Shown: in pieces, positions 13,301 through 25,300 of the stretch | Layout of the letters: each line of letters starts with the position of its first letter | Position numbering within the stretch: position 1 is the stretch's first letter | DNA from: Lama guanicoe | Lineage: Eukaryota | NCBI GenBank assembly: GCA_013239625.1 | Contig: MU053379.1 | Location: 2,400,866-2,464,865, forward strand | Length of the DNA stretch: 64,000 nucleotides | Reading direction: 5' to 3' | Translations under genes and position numbers: made by a program | The notes under the pieces: model-generated | Database searches by the model: none | What the model was told of the DNA's origin: nothing | The model's input: the letters and a program-made list of their open reading frames with translations, nothing else

Positions 13301-16300
13301 GGAGGCTGAGCCCTCAGGCGGTGCCATGTCCCGGCTGCATCCTTCTTGCCTTTGCAGCTGTCGAAGCACCACCACCTGAGGCTGGGTTGCAGCGGAAGAT
13401 TCTGCAGAATCAGGAAGGGAGGCCCCTAGAGGCAGGATGAGCCTGGAAATTTTGACACAGAAACATCAAGAGAGGTAACTTTGCATCCTTACTTTTTTCC
13501 AGCTGAAGGTTGAGGATGGCCAGCCTCAGAGTCCAGGCTGGGACTTGAGCCTGACGACAGATGCAGAACTCCCCGGCTCTGGGCACCTGCAGGAGCTATC
13601 CTCAAGGAGGTTCCTATTAAAAGCTCACTGGGGGAAGGTACAGCTCAGTGGTAGAGCACGTGCTTAGCACACAGGAGATCCTGGGTTCCATCCCCTGTAC
13701 CTCTGTTTAAACAAACAAATAAATAAATAAATAAAAAACAAACCCCCCCCAAGCAAACAAAAAACAAAATGGAAAAATTATTTTAAAATTAAAAAAAATA
13801 ATAAAACTGACCAAACAAGCTCCAGAATTTTGTTTACTGAATAGTCTTTGAATCGTCTAGAATGAAAAGACATTGCCTTGTTTCTTTTCTGAATTTCTAA
13901 ACATTAGCATAAGAGACATTCTGGAAACTGCTGAACAGAATCTGCCTGTAATTCTCCAGATGTTCCGGGACCTTATACGCAGTTCTTTTCAGGTTTTGTT
14001 TTTTCTAGTAACAGATTCCTTTTCTCAACAAGAGTCTGTCTTTGGAGATGGGGAGTGAGGCTGGGAGACGTGTTAGTCGTGGCCCAGGCCTCACAATGTG
14101 AAGAGTCAGATGAGGCTTTGAGCCGACTCTGCCTGCAAATGCTCTTCCCCCCAAAACACTGAAGGGCCTGAGGCTCAGAGGAGACTAGGATCGGGGTTCA
14201 TGTGCTTTACAAAAAATAGCGTCTTGATAGTGATGCATTCACAGGTGTGGGAAGCGGGTGGGTTTGATTCCAGGTACATGCGAATCTGTTCGTAGCTGAA
14301 CGGTAAATCCCCAGGTGCACTTTGGGTTTTTACAGACCTGCCTTAAGCAAAGGCAACTTTTTTGCTGAGAAACTTCCCCGCTCCCTCCTCCTGGGCTCAG
14401 CCGGCTGGTGCCTGTCCAGCTGCTCTGGGTGGATCCTGTCTCACTCCTGGTGCTGAAGTAAGGCATTCTGTATCTGGGGACCTTGCGTGGGGAGCTTAGC
14501 ATCGCTGTCCTCTGTCTGGTGAGCACAGAATAGAATTACAGTCCCAGGCTGAACCTCAGCAGAGACGTTTACACCCAAAGCCTACCGCTTGCCGCTCGAG
14601 GGGAGGCTGGAGAGGGTGTCCTTGAAGGAAGTTCATGAGCAGTGAGGACAGAGCTGCGAGAAGTCTGGGTGTGTTGTCCTGGAAGGATCTGGGCTGCTTC
14701 CTTTTCTCACCCAAGGCCCTGAGACGGCCAGAGGCCGGGGACTCTCGCTGACTGTGGTAGGGGAGGGACATGTTTCCCTTCTACCCTCCTAACTTCTTCA
14801 GCTAGTAATTGAGTTGACATAAGACAGATTAACAGGAGAAAAACAATTCTGTATGCACGGGGGCCTCAAAGGCATGAAACCCAAACACAGGCAGGCAGTC
14901 GGAGCTCCTAGGCCACCTGGAGCAGAGACTAGGGGAGCCCGGGGCTTCAGAGGGAAGGGGGGCAGCTCACAGGAGGGGAGAGGAGGAGGTGTTGGGTGCA
15001 GAGGCGTCTTTCTCACGTAAAATCACCTTTGCTCTTGGCTCTCTTCCTGGACCTGGCCTTGTCGACTGAAATAAACGCGCAGCCTAAAAGTTGAGAGCTA
15101 CATTTTATCTGGTGGGAGGACTCGAGCCGGGATGACAGCCCCTCAGATGGCCCTGAGGGGCTGCTCCGAAGAGGCAGGGGAGGAGCTAGGATACATAACA
15201 AAGACCAGGTAGTCGGAACATTAAAAGATTACTTGTTAACTAAAGAAAACCAGGCATCTCGAGTTAAAGAACGTAGCGCTTTTCTATGTATGGGAGGAAG
15301 CGAACATTTGGGTCCATTGAACTCATGCGTTTGACAAGCACCTGGCTGTCTAGGGCCAGTGTCCTGTCCTGTCTTATTCTGAGTCCCCTCAGAGGGCACC
15401 ACTGTGGGTGGCTGCAGAGGCCGGTTGCGGGCTGGTCTTCTCTGTGGGGTGGCGACAGCCGCTGATGGATTGATGGCTTGATGGCTTCAGCATTGTTTAC
15501 TGATGCGGTTTGCAGTATTTTTCGTTTGCAGCCTCCATCTAAGTCCTTTTAGGCAGTTAAGGGGAATTGATAGCTCCTGTCCGTGAGTCTTTCGGGCCAC
15601 ATCTTCACCTTGAAACAGCCCACGTGCCAACGTGGCATACATACTTTGGGGTGGGGAATCCGCATTCTGTTCACCACTCATTTCCTGGTAAACAGAGAGA
15701 CAAGAACCCTTTGCCTCCTGAGGCTGGAACTGAGCTGCTGGCCAAGGACAGGCCTGAATCAGAGGGCTGCATGTGGACCCAGGAAGAAGCGATGGAGAGA
15801 CCCAGGGCCCCAGGCCTCTCGCTGCCTGCTGGGCTTCCTCGCTCCCCTCGGCAGATCACCCCCGACCCGGCCCTGGGGTGCCCGGAGCACACGTTGTACC
15901 CACGCCTGCCCAGGGCCAAGCTGGGTTATGGCTGGGGGTGAAGTCAAGCTAATAAGAGACGAGTGTACCGCAGCCTAAGATGGGGTGAGGGCCCCAGCGG
16001 CACGGAGACGGGGGTGAAGGCATTCGGTGCAGCTGCAGGAGACCGGTGGGGGCAGGGTGGGAGCTTGGTTTTGGCAAGTGGGTTGGAGCCGGTTACGGAC
16101 ACTCAAGAACAGCGTGAACGTGGGCACGGAGGGCGCTGAGCGACGGCACGTGGGGGCCTTTCTCAGGATAAGCTTCCCCCACCCCGACTCTCAGAGAAGG
16201 GTTTAGGACGATGAATCCGGGAAAAATGTCCTGTTCTTATCCGAATTGTCTTAGCCACAATTTTTCACTTATTCATGTACCGCTTTTACTATTCATTTAC

Positions 16301-19300
16301 CTAATATTTTCCTTTAAACTGACTCACGTGATACATGTGTTTTAAAATAAATTTAATAAGCCAGTCATGAAAAGATGAGTGCTGCGTGTTTCTGCAGAAA
16401 AGGAAAGGCTTTCAAAGGTAGCGAGGAAATGGAGAAAAGGAAATTTTTAGGACTCGTCTTGGCAAGGTCGCCCTCCTAAGGGGGCGGAAGGGGCTGACCA
16501 GACTGAATACCTCACTAGTGCCCAGGAAATTCAGGTTGCTCACATTCCTTCGGAAGGTTGAAACTGCACTTAATTAGGTTAGGTGTGCTAAGTTTTGGTG
16601 GGCTCAGCACAAGTGACTCCACTTCGGGGCTGCCCCCTGCCTTTTTTTTCCAGTAGTGATGGTTTTATAACAATATGAATGTATTTAACGCTACTTAAAA
16701 GTGGTTAGGATTGTAAGTTTTATGTTTTGCAAATCTTGCCACCGTAAGAAATGGGGAGGAAAGTAAATTTAACCTCCACCATAATTGGGAATGGCACTAA
16801 ATACTATAAACATGTAAGTATTTTTTTTAGCATGTAAGTATTAAATTAAGTACTGGACATTAAAATAAAAACCATGCCTCCATGTACCACCTTAGAATAT
16901 CCAGCACTCTTTGGGAATGGTTGTCAACTTTTAATAAACCATTGACAGGTTATAAAATATCAGGATTAATCTATTCTCTCCGGCCAGATAGGGGATCCTT
17001 TTGAGTTCTTCACTTTGTAGCAGGAATGCAGCTCTTTATGGTAAGGGGACTGGCAGTGAGATGAATCTTAAGCCGTAATTAAGCCCTAGGCAAAAGCAGG
17101 TTGGAGCCAGGGGCTCTGCTTTTGTTATTTTGTTTGTTTGTTTTTATTTTGTTTTATTGCCGAGGTTGGCATCTTATTGATAGTAATTAGCCCCATCAAT
17201 TTCTCTTGATTCATTCTCTGGCTGTTTATTAGGTCTTTACAGTGTAAACAAGGAAACACTATTAGTTTTCTTAAAGGTCTGGAAGGCCCACTGGTGACTT
17301 TCAGGGAACCAGCCCTCAGGCTGCGGGAAGAGCTCTGAGCCTTCCCTGAGGGCTGAGTTATCCAGGAGCACTTTGCTGGGAGTCCAGGTGGGAGATAAGA
17401 CCAAGGTGGAGCCTGTCTCTCGCCTCTTCAGTTTCCAAATCCGGGGCAGCCCCCTGGGTTACCCAGCCCACGTCCAACACCAGGACAGGCCTGGGAGGAG
17501 CCGTCGCCGCAGGCACCGTGCGCATGCCGAGACCCGTTCCCCAGGTGGACGCGTGCCACCCGTGGGGAGAGTAACAGTGTGGCCTTTGGCCTTGGAGCTG
17601 GTCCCCTTCAACTTCATTTCTGCTGTTCGAGCAGCTGAACTCGGATTTTTGTAAATAGAAGGTCATTGACTACGTTTACTCCACCGGGTTTTTTTGCCAC
17701 ACAACATCGCATCAGAGTTTACGTATGTTGTGCGCTGCTTTGTTCACTAGCTGTTACTTGTTTGAAAAACAAGACTGAACTGTAGAGTAAGTCTACGCCC
17801 CGATTGTCGTTTGGGAGGGAGCCTGGCAGAGGGAGCGGTGGGTCGATGGACCGGGAAGGGCGAGGGAGCCTTTCTGAAAACACTTCCGTCTGGACCTCGA
17901 CCTTAGAAGCTGCCTTGATAGATTGTGCTGCCCTCTGGGGTCCTGGAGGGACGAGAAAGCATCCTTTGGACACTCTGCTGCCAGGTAGTGGTTTCCCTGA
18001 GATGACTGATTCTGCGACGTTTCGTAGGACGAGCCCCGTGTCCTCCGTGAGAACGCGCCAGCTGCCCTCACTCATTCTTGCACCTGCCTAGACTACCAAC
18101 GCCTGGTCCCAGGAGCAAGGGGACCACAGCCAAGTGGAAGGGCCACTCTCTCCCGACACTGCGGAGCCTTCATGGGTGTGACCAGATGCTGGTGAGCCCT
18201 GGCCCCCAGAGTGGGTGGGGTATCCTCCCACCTGCTGCAGAGCCCGGAGGCCCGGGCCAGCTGGGAGTGGGGCAGGTGAAGTCCGAGTTTTCCAGTGTCT
18301 GTTCTCTGCCCCTGGAGGCACCTGATGCTTGCGGGGCGTTCTCTGCTGTACCCAGAATTTCCGCCTGTGCGTGTGGGTCCTCACTGAGTCCGTAACTGAG
18401 CCCCAGATCCCCGTGAAAGCAGACCTAGGCACTTGGAAATAGTAACAGTTGAATAAATGAGTTCTAGGCCCATAAAAACCCAGTGATGAGTAAAACATTT
18501 AAACATGTAAAAAAGAGTGCTGTACACCAGAAACTGACACACTGTTGTAAACTGACTGTGCGTCAATAAAAATCAGACTCAGTGAACATTTTAAAAAATA
18601 CATAAAAATAATCAAAAATAAATTTTTAAAAGGATTTAAAAAAAAAAGGAAGAAGAAAAAAAAACAGTGAGATGGCAGATATTTTCACATCCTGTATTCC
18701 CCAGCCTATTATTTTGAGAAATTTCAAACATTACAGAAAAGTTGCACAAAAAAAATACCATTCATCCAAATTCACCAACTGTTGAAAATTTCCTTATCTC
18801 TGTTCCCCGCCCCCTTTGGGGGGGGTGAGGAGCTGACCATTTGATACTTAATTTCCAACATTTTCACACGTTGCCCTGTGTTTTTCAGTGCGCATCTCGT
18901 AAGAACAATCGCATTTTCCTGCAGAACCATGATAATATCATCACAGTCAGGGGGTTAGACACCAGTGCAGTTTATCTAATGCACACCTTGTTCAGATATT
19001 ACCAGTGGTTCTTTGCAGCTGCTTTGTATTCTGATGCCGCATGTGACCAGTTCCACGTCCTCCGTATACCTGTCACGTCCGTTAGTCTCCTTCTGTCTGT
19101 AATAACCCACGGTCTCTTTCCATCTTGTACGACGCTGACCTTTTTGAAGCATTCAGGCCAGTGGTTCTGCAGCAGTCCCTGAAGTCGGATTTGTCTTTTT
19201 CCTCCCGTGTGGACTCAGGTTAAACACACGTGGGGGCAGGAAGACTAGGTGACGTGATTGACTTTCTCAGAGCATCACATCAGAGGCGCCATGTCAGGGG

Positions 19301-22300
19301 ATCTCATTTTTGGAGATGGTGACCCGATCGCTTGGTGAAGGTGACGTCTGCCAGGTTCCTCCTCCCTCTCCGCTTCCTGATGAGGAATCTGCGGGGTGAT
19401 ATTTTCAGATTGCGAACGTTGTTTCCCAGCAGTCTTTTCGCCTGCTGGTGTCAGCATCCATCCATGAGCCTCGCTCGCATCAGCTCTTCATGACGGTGGA
19501 GGTGTGGTTTCCCACTTTCAGGTTAGAAGGACGAAGCTCAGAAAGCAAGCTGGCCAGGCCTCCGGGGCCAGCCCTCCCAGCGGGACCGCACGATCGGAGT
19601 CCCTGGCGTGTCGTCTCAGGGCTTTGTCTGTCGTGAGCCGCTCCTCCTCTGCCCTCCCTCATGGCTGCGTGCTGACGTCTGTCTTACAGATGATGTGTAT
19701 GTTCGTTTCGTCAGCTTCTTTCTTGGGTTGAATTCCCCTGAGACAGGGATTCTTTTATTTATTTATTTATTTGTTTGTTTTTATCAGAGTGTAGTTGATT
19801 TACGGTGTTAGTTTCATTATTCATTATACATATACATACTTTTTCTTTTCAGATTCTTTTCCATTATATCTTATTACAGGAAATTGAATCTAGTTTCCTG
19901 TGCTGTATGGAGGGACCTTGTTGTTTATCTATATATATTATATGTTTTATATATAATAATGTGTACCTGTTAATCCCAAACTCTGAATTTATCCCTCCCC
20001 TGCCCTTTCCTCTTTGGTAACCATAGTTTGTTTTCGGTGTTTGTGAATCTATTTTTGGTTTGTAAATAAAATTTGTATCATTTTCTGAGGTTCCATGTAG
20101 AAGTGACATCATGTGGTATTTGAGACAGGGGTTCTTGATTGGGGGTTTAATTGAGAGAGGGCCAGAAGCAGCCCGCGAAGGAGTGAGGGGTATAGGATGG
20201 GAAGGGGAGGAAGCCAGGCAAAGACGTGGGGTCAGCTGAGTGTCACCTCCCCCCGACCCCGCAGGGAGCTGTGAAGTGTGACTGGCATCCCGCAGTTGTC
20301 CCACCGCCAGGCAAGAAGGCCTCTCCTACGGCCAGTGTGTGCATGTCTTCAGCGGCGCATCTGCCCCCAGAGGAGGGCACCACTTCCCGGTTGTCCAGAG
20401 AAGGGGGCAGCTGTGAGCTTCTGGCAGCAACCCGGGTAGCAGGGGCAGGGGTGCCTGCTTGGGAAAGGGGACCTCGCAGGCAGGACACCACCAGCATCAC
20501 TGTGGTTTTAGTATCTCCCTCATTGGTTCTTTCCTGAGGCTTGTCCCCAGTAACAGCCAATTTGTCCTGTAATAACATGCTGTAAGCCTCAGGTGCCTGG
20601 CTGCTTGAAGGCGTGGGCTTAGTCATTTGCAAAGACAAAGTTGAATCTATGGTTACTTCATCATGAGGCCCCATGAATCTTATTCATCGCCTCTCTGTCC
20701 AGGTCCTGGCTCTTCAAGGTGAGGTCAGTTGTCGGAACAATCGCTTTTTAGCTTCTTGGTTTTTTTTTTTTTTTTTGCAAGGGGGAGGCAATTAGGTTTA
20801 TTTCTTCTTTTATTTTATTTTATGGAGGTACTGGGGATTGAACCCAGACTATACTATACACTGCCCCCCTCCTTTTTAGCTTCTTAACAATTGAGGCATC
20901 ACAGGACGAGCCCTTCTGCAGAAGGAAGAAGTGTCGCCTATGTACTGTGAGCACAGAGTGTCAGGACTGCTGTGTTGGAGGTGGCAGAATTTGGTCTTGG
21001 TAAAATATCACCAATCTGAGATGGCGGGGCTGAAATGTGTCTTTATTTGGGTCCCCAGAGCTCATTCGATGGCGTGTTCCTTGTCCTCCTTCCCTCCCCC
21101 AAATACCCCACTTAAGTGGGTCTGAGTTCAGGTGCACATCTGGCTCTTACCTCTGAGACACGTGCTCCCCAAGTTTGCAGAGCTCATTAGAAATGCAGAG
21201 TCCTACATCTCGCTAAAGAAGACATCCAGACGGCCAACAGGCACATGTAAAATGGCTCAGTATCGCTAATTATCAGAGAAACGCAAATCAAAACTACAAT
21301 GAGCTTTCACCTCACACCAGTCAGAACAGCCATCATTCAAAAGTCCACAAATAATAAATGCTGGAGAGGCTGTGGAGAAAGGGGAGCCCTCCCCCACTGT
21401 TGGTGGAAGTGAAAATTGGTGCAGCCACTATGGAGGACAGTATGTAGGTTCCTTAAAAACTGAAAGGAGAGTTACCCTATGGTCCAGCAATCCCACTCCT
21501 GGGTGTATATCTGGAGAGAACTCTAATTCAAAAAGACATGTGCACCCCAGTGTTCACAGCAGCACTATTTACAATAGCCAAGACATGGAAGGAACCTAAA
21601 TGTCCATGGACAGATGACGGGATAAAGAATTGGTGTATACACAATGGAATATTATTCAGCCATTAAAAAGAGTGAAATAATGCCTTTTGCAGCAACATGG
21701 ATGGGCTTAGAGATTATTAAGTGAAGTAAGTCAGACAGAAAAAGATAAATATCACATGATATCAATTATATGTGGAATCTTAAAAAAGATACAAACTTCA
21801 TTGACAAACCAGTATAGACTCCTGGACACAGAAAACTGGTTGCCAAAGGGAAAGGGGGAGGGATAAATTAGAGGTTTGGGATTAACAGATACACACTACT
21901 ATGTACAAAATTGATAAACAACTAGGACCTGCTGTACAGCACAGGGAAGTAGATTCAATTTCTTGTAATAAGCTATAGTGGAAAAGAATCTGAAAAATAA
22001 ATAAATGTATGCACACATATATAACTGAATTGGTTTGTTGTACACCTGAAAGTAACACTGTAAATCAATTACACCTCAATTAAAATCTTTTTAAAAAAAG
22101 AAATGCAGGGTCCTAGGCCCACCCCAGACCTACAGAGTAAGAATGTTTGGGGCTGAAACCTGGAACCGCGGCTTCACTGACCCCAGAAGATGCCTCACAC
22201 AAGCTCATGTGCTGATTCAGAGCGATGGTTGTAAACTTCGCTGCCCACTGGAGTCGCCCTGGAAACTCTAAAACATTCTGATTTCCGCATTCTACCCCAG

Positions 22301-25300
22301 AGTGTCTTATTTATTTAATCTGGGGTGCAGTCTAGCCATGCAAAAAATTCTAAGCTTCCCCCAGGCGATTTTCACGGGCAGCCAGGGTTGAGAGGCACTG
22401 CTCTAAACTTGCCCGGTTTACCTTATGGGAAAGGAATTTTAACACCGGCTTCGTTTTGAAGAGTTTGTTCTTAGAGCTGCAGAGATTCACTTCAGCACCC
22501 CTGGAGGCCCTGGAATGGCGTTACAGAATGAGGAGCTGCCCTTTCTTGGCTCAGATTGTCCCATCTGGAAACTTGTAGCAGAGGTCATGAAGAACACTCA
22601 CGTCTTTGAGAGCAGACAATGTACGTTTGGGATGGGAGCAGCAGATTCTTCAGATCCGTAGAAAGCCGGGAGGGCGTGGGGAGACGGCAGGAAGGGGTCT
22701 CCGGCCGGCCGCGTGCTATTGTCGCGGGTGTCACTGCTGAGTCTGCACCCCACAAGGTGCCGTCTTCGATGGGCTTCCTCTTAGCGGGGAGTGGTCCACG
22801 TGGGGCGGCACACCTCCCTTCCCCTCTGCCTTACGTTCCGGTCCATCCGTTGTCTCCCTCCATGTTGAAGGCTTCATCCAGGCCACCCGCTTGGGTCTCT
22901 TTGGGTTTAGATGCTGGAAGATGGTGGGAACCCCAGCCTGAACTCGACCCTTTGGATGTGAATGGTCAGGCCTGGTGGTCCCACTGGCTGTTCCAGGACC
23001 ATGTTGATGGCCAGCCCACTGAGAGCCAGGGACAGTGGGAGCTCGGAGCGTGGCTGAGGGAAGGACGCCCCAGAGCTTAAGCACCCTTGGCTGGGGGTAA
23101 CACCGTCTTTCGACAAAGGCATGTCCTTGGGCAGATTATTCAAGCAGCCTGAGCTCCCCGGTGCCTTTTTTTTTTTTAAAAACTAGGATCCTGGCAACCC
23201 CCCACCAAGGCCAGAGTGAGGGAAAGATGAGAGAATATTCATTCACAAAAGTCTGGCCAACGGCAGATGCCACATAGATACAAGCCGTCCTGCGTTCATG
23301 CTCTGACCTGTTGCCTGCAAAGCTGGATGAACACCAGACCTCTTGAATTTCCAGCTCTGCCATTTCGTGACTGTTTGTCTGGACAGCTCAGTAGCTTCTT
23401 GGGCCTCAGTTTCCTCGTTCATAAAATGGGGATTAAATACTTAAAGACAAGGTTATTGTTGGGCACCAAAGGAGATGACAGAAGTCTAGAGATTTCATTC
23501 ACGTGTTCTACAGTTCAGTGGTTTTCAGTATTTCACAAAGCTGTACCGCTGTCAGCTCACCGCGTTCCAGAACATTTTTGTTACCTTGAAGAAAACTCCA
23601 CGCCCTCAGCATTCGCTATGTATCCCACCCCCTCCCAGTCCCAGCCCCAGCAACCTGATCTTCCCCGCTCTGTGTTTCTGTCTAACCTGGATGTTTCATG
23701 TACGTGGAATCATACAGCATCGTGTCCAGCTGCTCTCACTTCGCGTGAGGTCTTCAGGGCTCACCTGTTTCGAAGCACGGGGCAGTGCCTTATTCATCAC
23801 AAGAACGAGTGACTATTATGGCTGAATACAATTCCGTTGTGCGGATAGACCACATTTTATTTATCCGTTCGTTGTTGGCGATCTGGGCTGCTTCACTTTA
23901 CAGCAATTATGAATAATGTTACTATGATTTTATGAACAGTGCACCGCCATTCAGCTGTGGGGTTTATTATTAAATAATATTAGTGATGAAAATGAAAGTG
24001 GTGAGATGTGTGGAAAGAAATGAAATCCAGTTCATTTGGGGACAAGTTTGTGTGCCTAAGTGTGAGTGTGAATGCTTGTCTTTTGATTTTTTGTTTGTTT
24101 CTGCAAAAATGAGAATATTTATTTTCTCCAGGCAATAGAAATAACATTTTTCTCTCTTTGGTAAGAGTTAAGTACTGTTGCATTCCATTTTTTAAAATAA
24201 TAAAGTCCTAAAAATATATATTAAATTATGTACAGTGTATCACACTTCATTTCATATTTTTTTCATTCAAAATTATTTAATTACAAGGCTGGATAATCGA
24301 AAAACAAGCTTCAGAACTAGGAAGTAATATACTGGTTAACCAGTGATGACGCTAGGGCAGTGAAATGATTAAACAGAAGTGGCTTGAATCATACGGATGC
24401 ATTAATCTGGATTTGATGTTGGTCCAGAAATCTATTTACAAAATTAAAAACTACCGTCCATCTTGATATTTGTTTTCTTCCCACGTCCATAAAATGAATC
24501 TTATGTTTTAAAATACATGACATTTCTATTTATTCTCAAAGTCGAGCTCACCGAGTTCATGTTCCTGAGCTTCGGGACCTCGTGGTTACTGTGTAGAATT
24601 GAGCATTTACGCCTCAGAGTAAGGAATGTTAGATGGCAGGTGAGAGACTACACAGCACGGAGGGTGTTTAAAACCTTCTGACAGCTCGGGCAGAAGTGGA
24701 AGGTTGGCTGCGTCGATGGTGGCTGAGCCCTGCGGGGTAACGTGGTGCCTGCCCTCAGGAAGCTTTCCGTCGGGCAGGGAGGACGGAGAAGGTGGTGGTG
24801 ACAGGATGGGGCCTGTGCTGGGACGGGCCCGGCCTGTGAGACTGCGGGATGCTGTCCTCGTTCGGGAGGTTGTGCGGCATCCAGCTGACCCTGCGCATCC
24901 TTTCTCCTAGCATGGTAAGACACCAGGACAGTGGCCGCTCCGAGGAGAAGGATGTGAAGCCCTGTCCCCGCGACTCCGGCTACGACAGCCTCTCCAACAG
25001 GCTCAGCGTCCTGGACCGGCTCCTGCACACCCACCCCATCTGGCTGCAGCTGAGTCTCAGCGAGGAGGAGGCCGCACAAGTCCTACGGCCGCAGCCTCCG
25101 GGGGTAAGACGCAGAAGGCGAGAACAGCTCGAGGCGGGCAGGGCCGCCGCTTCCTTAAAGAGAAAGACTTGGCGTTCCAGAAAGTTCTTCCCGGCCTGTA
25201 GGAAGCCTGGTTCCTGGTGTGTATTGGGTACAATGTAGGGAAGTTCTGGAAACCATGGAGACGGGTCCCAGGAACAGAGTCCTCTGTGACTTGTCTTTCT

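Noticed and set aside
18481..18545. C/D-box snoRNA-like GTGATGA...CTGA
   Set aside because: The D box lies in an L1 3' fragment, the spacing is short and I recognise no guide sequence.
24343..24420. C-box GTGATGA as a possible intronic snoRNA (also at about 43909)
   Set aside because: No properly placed CTGA D box or terminal stem.
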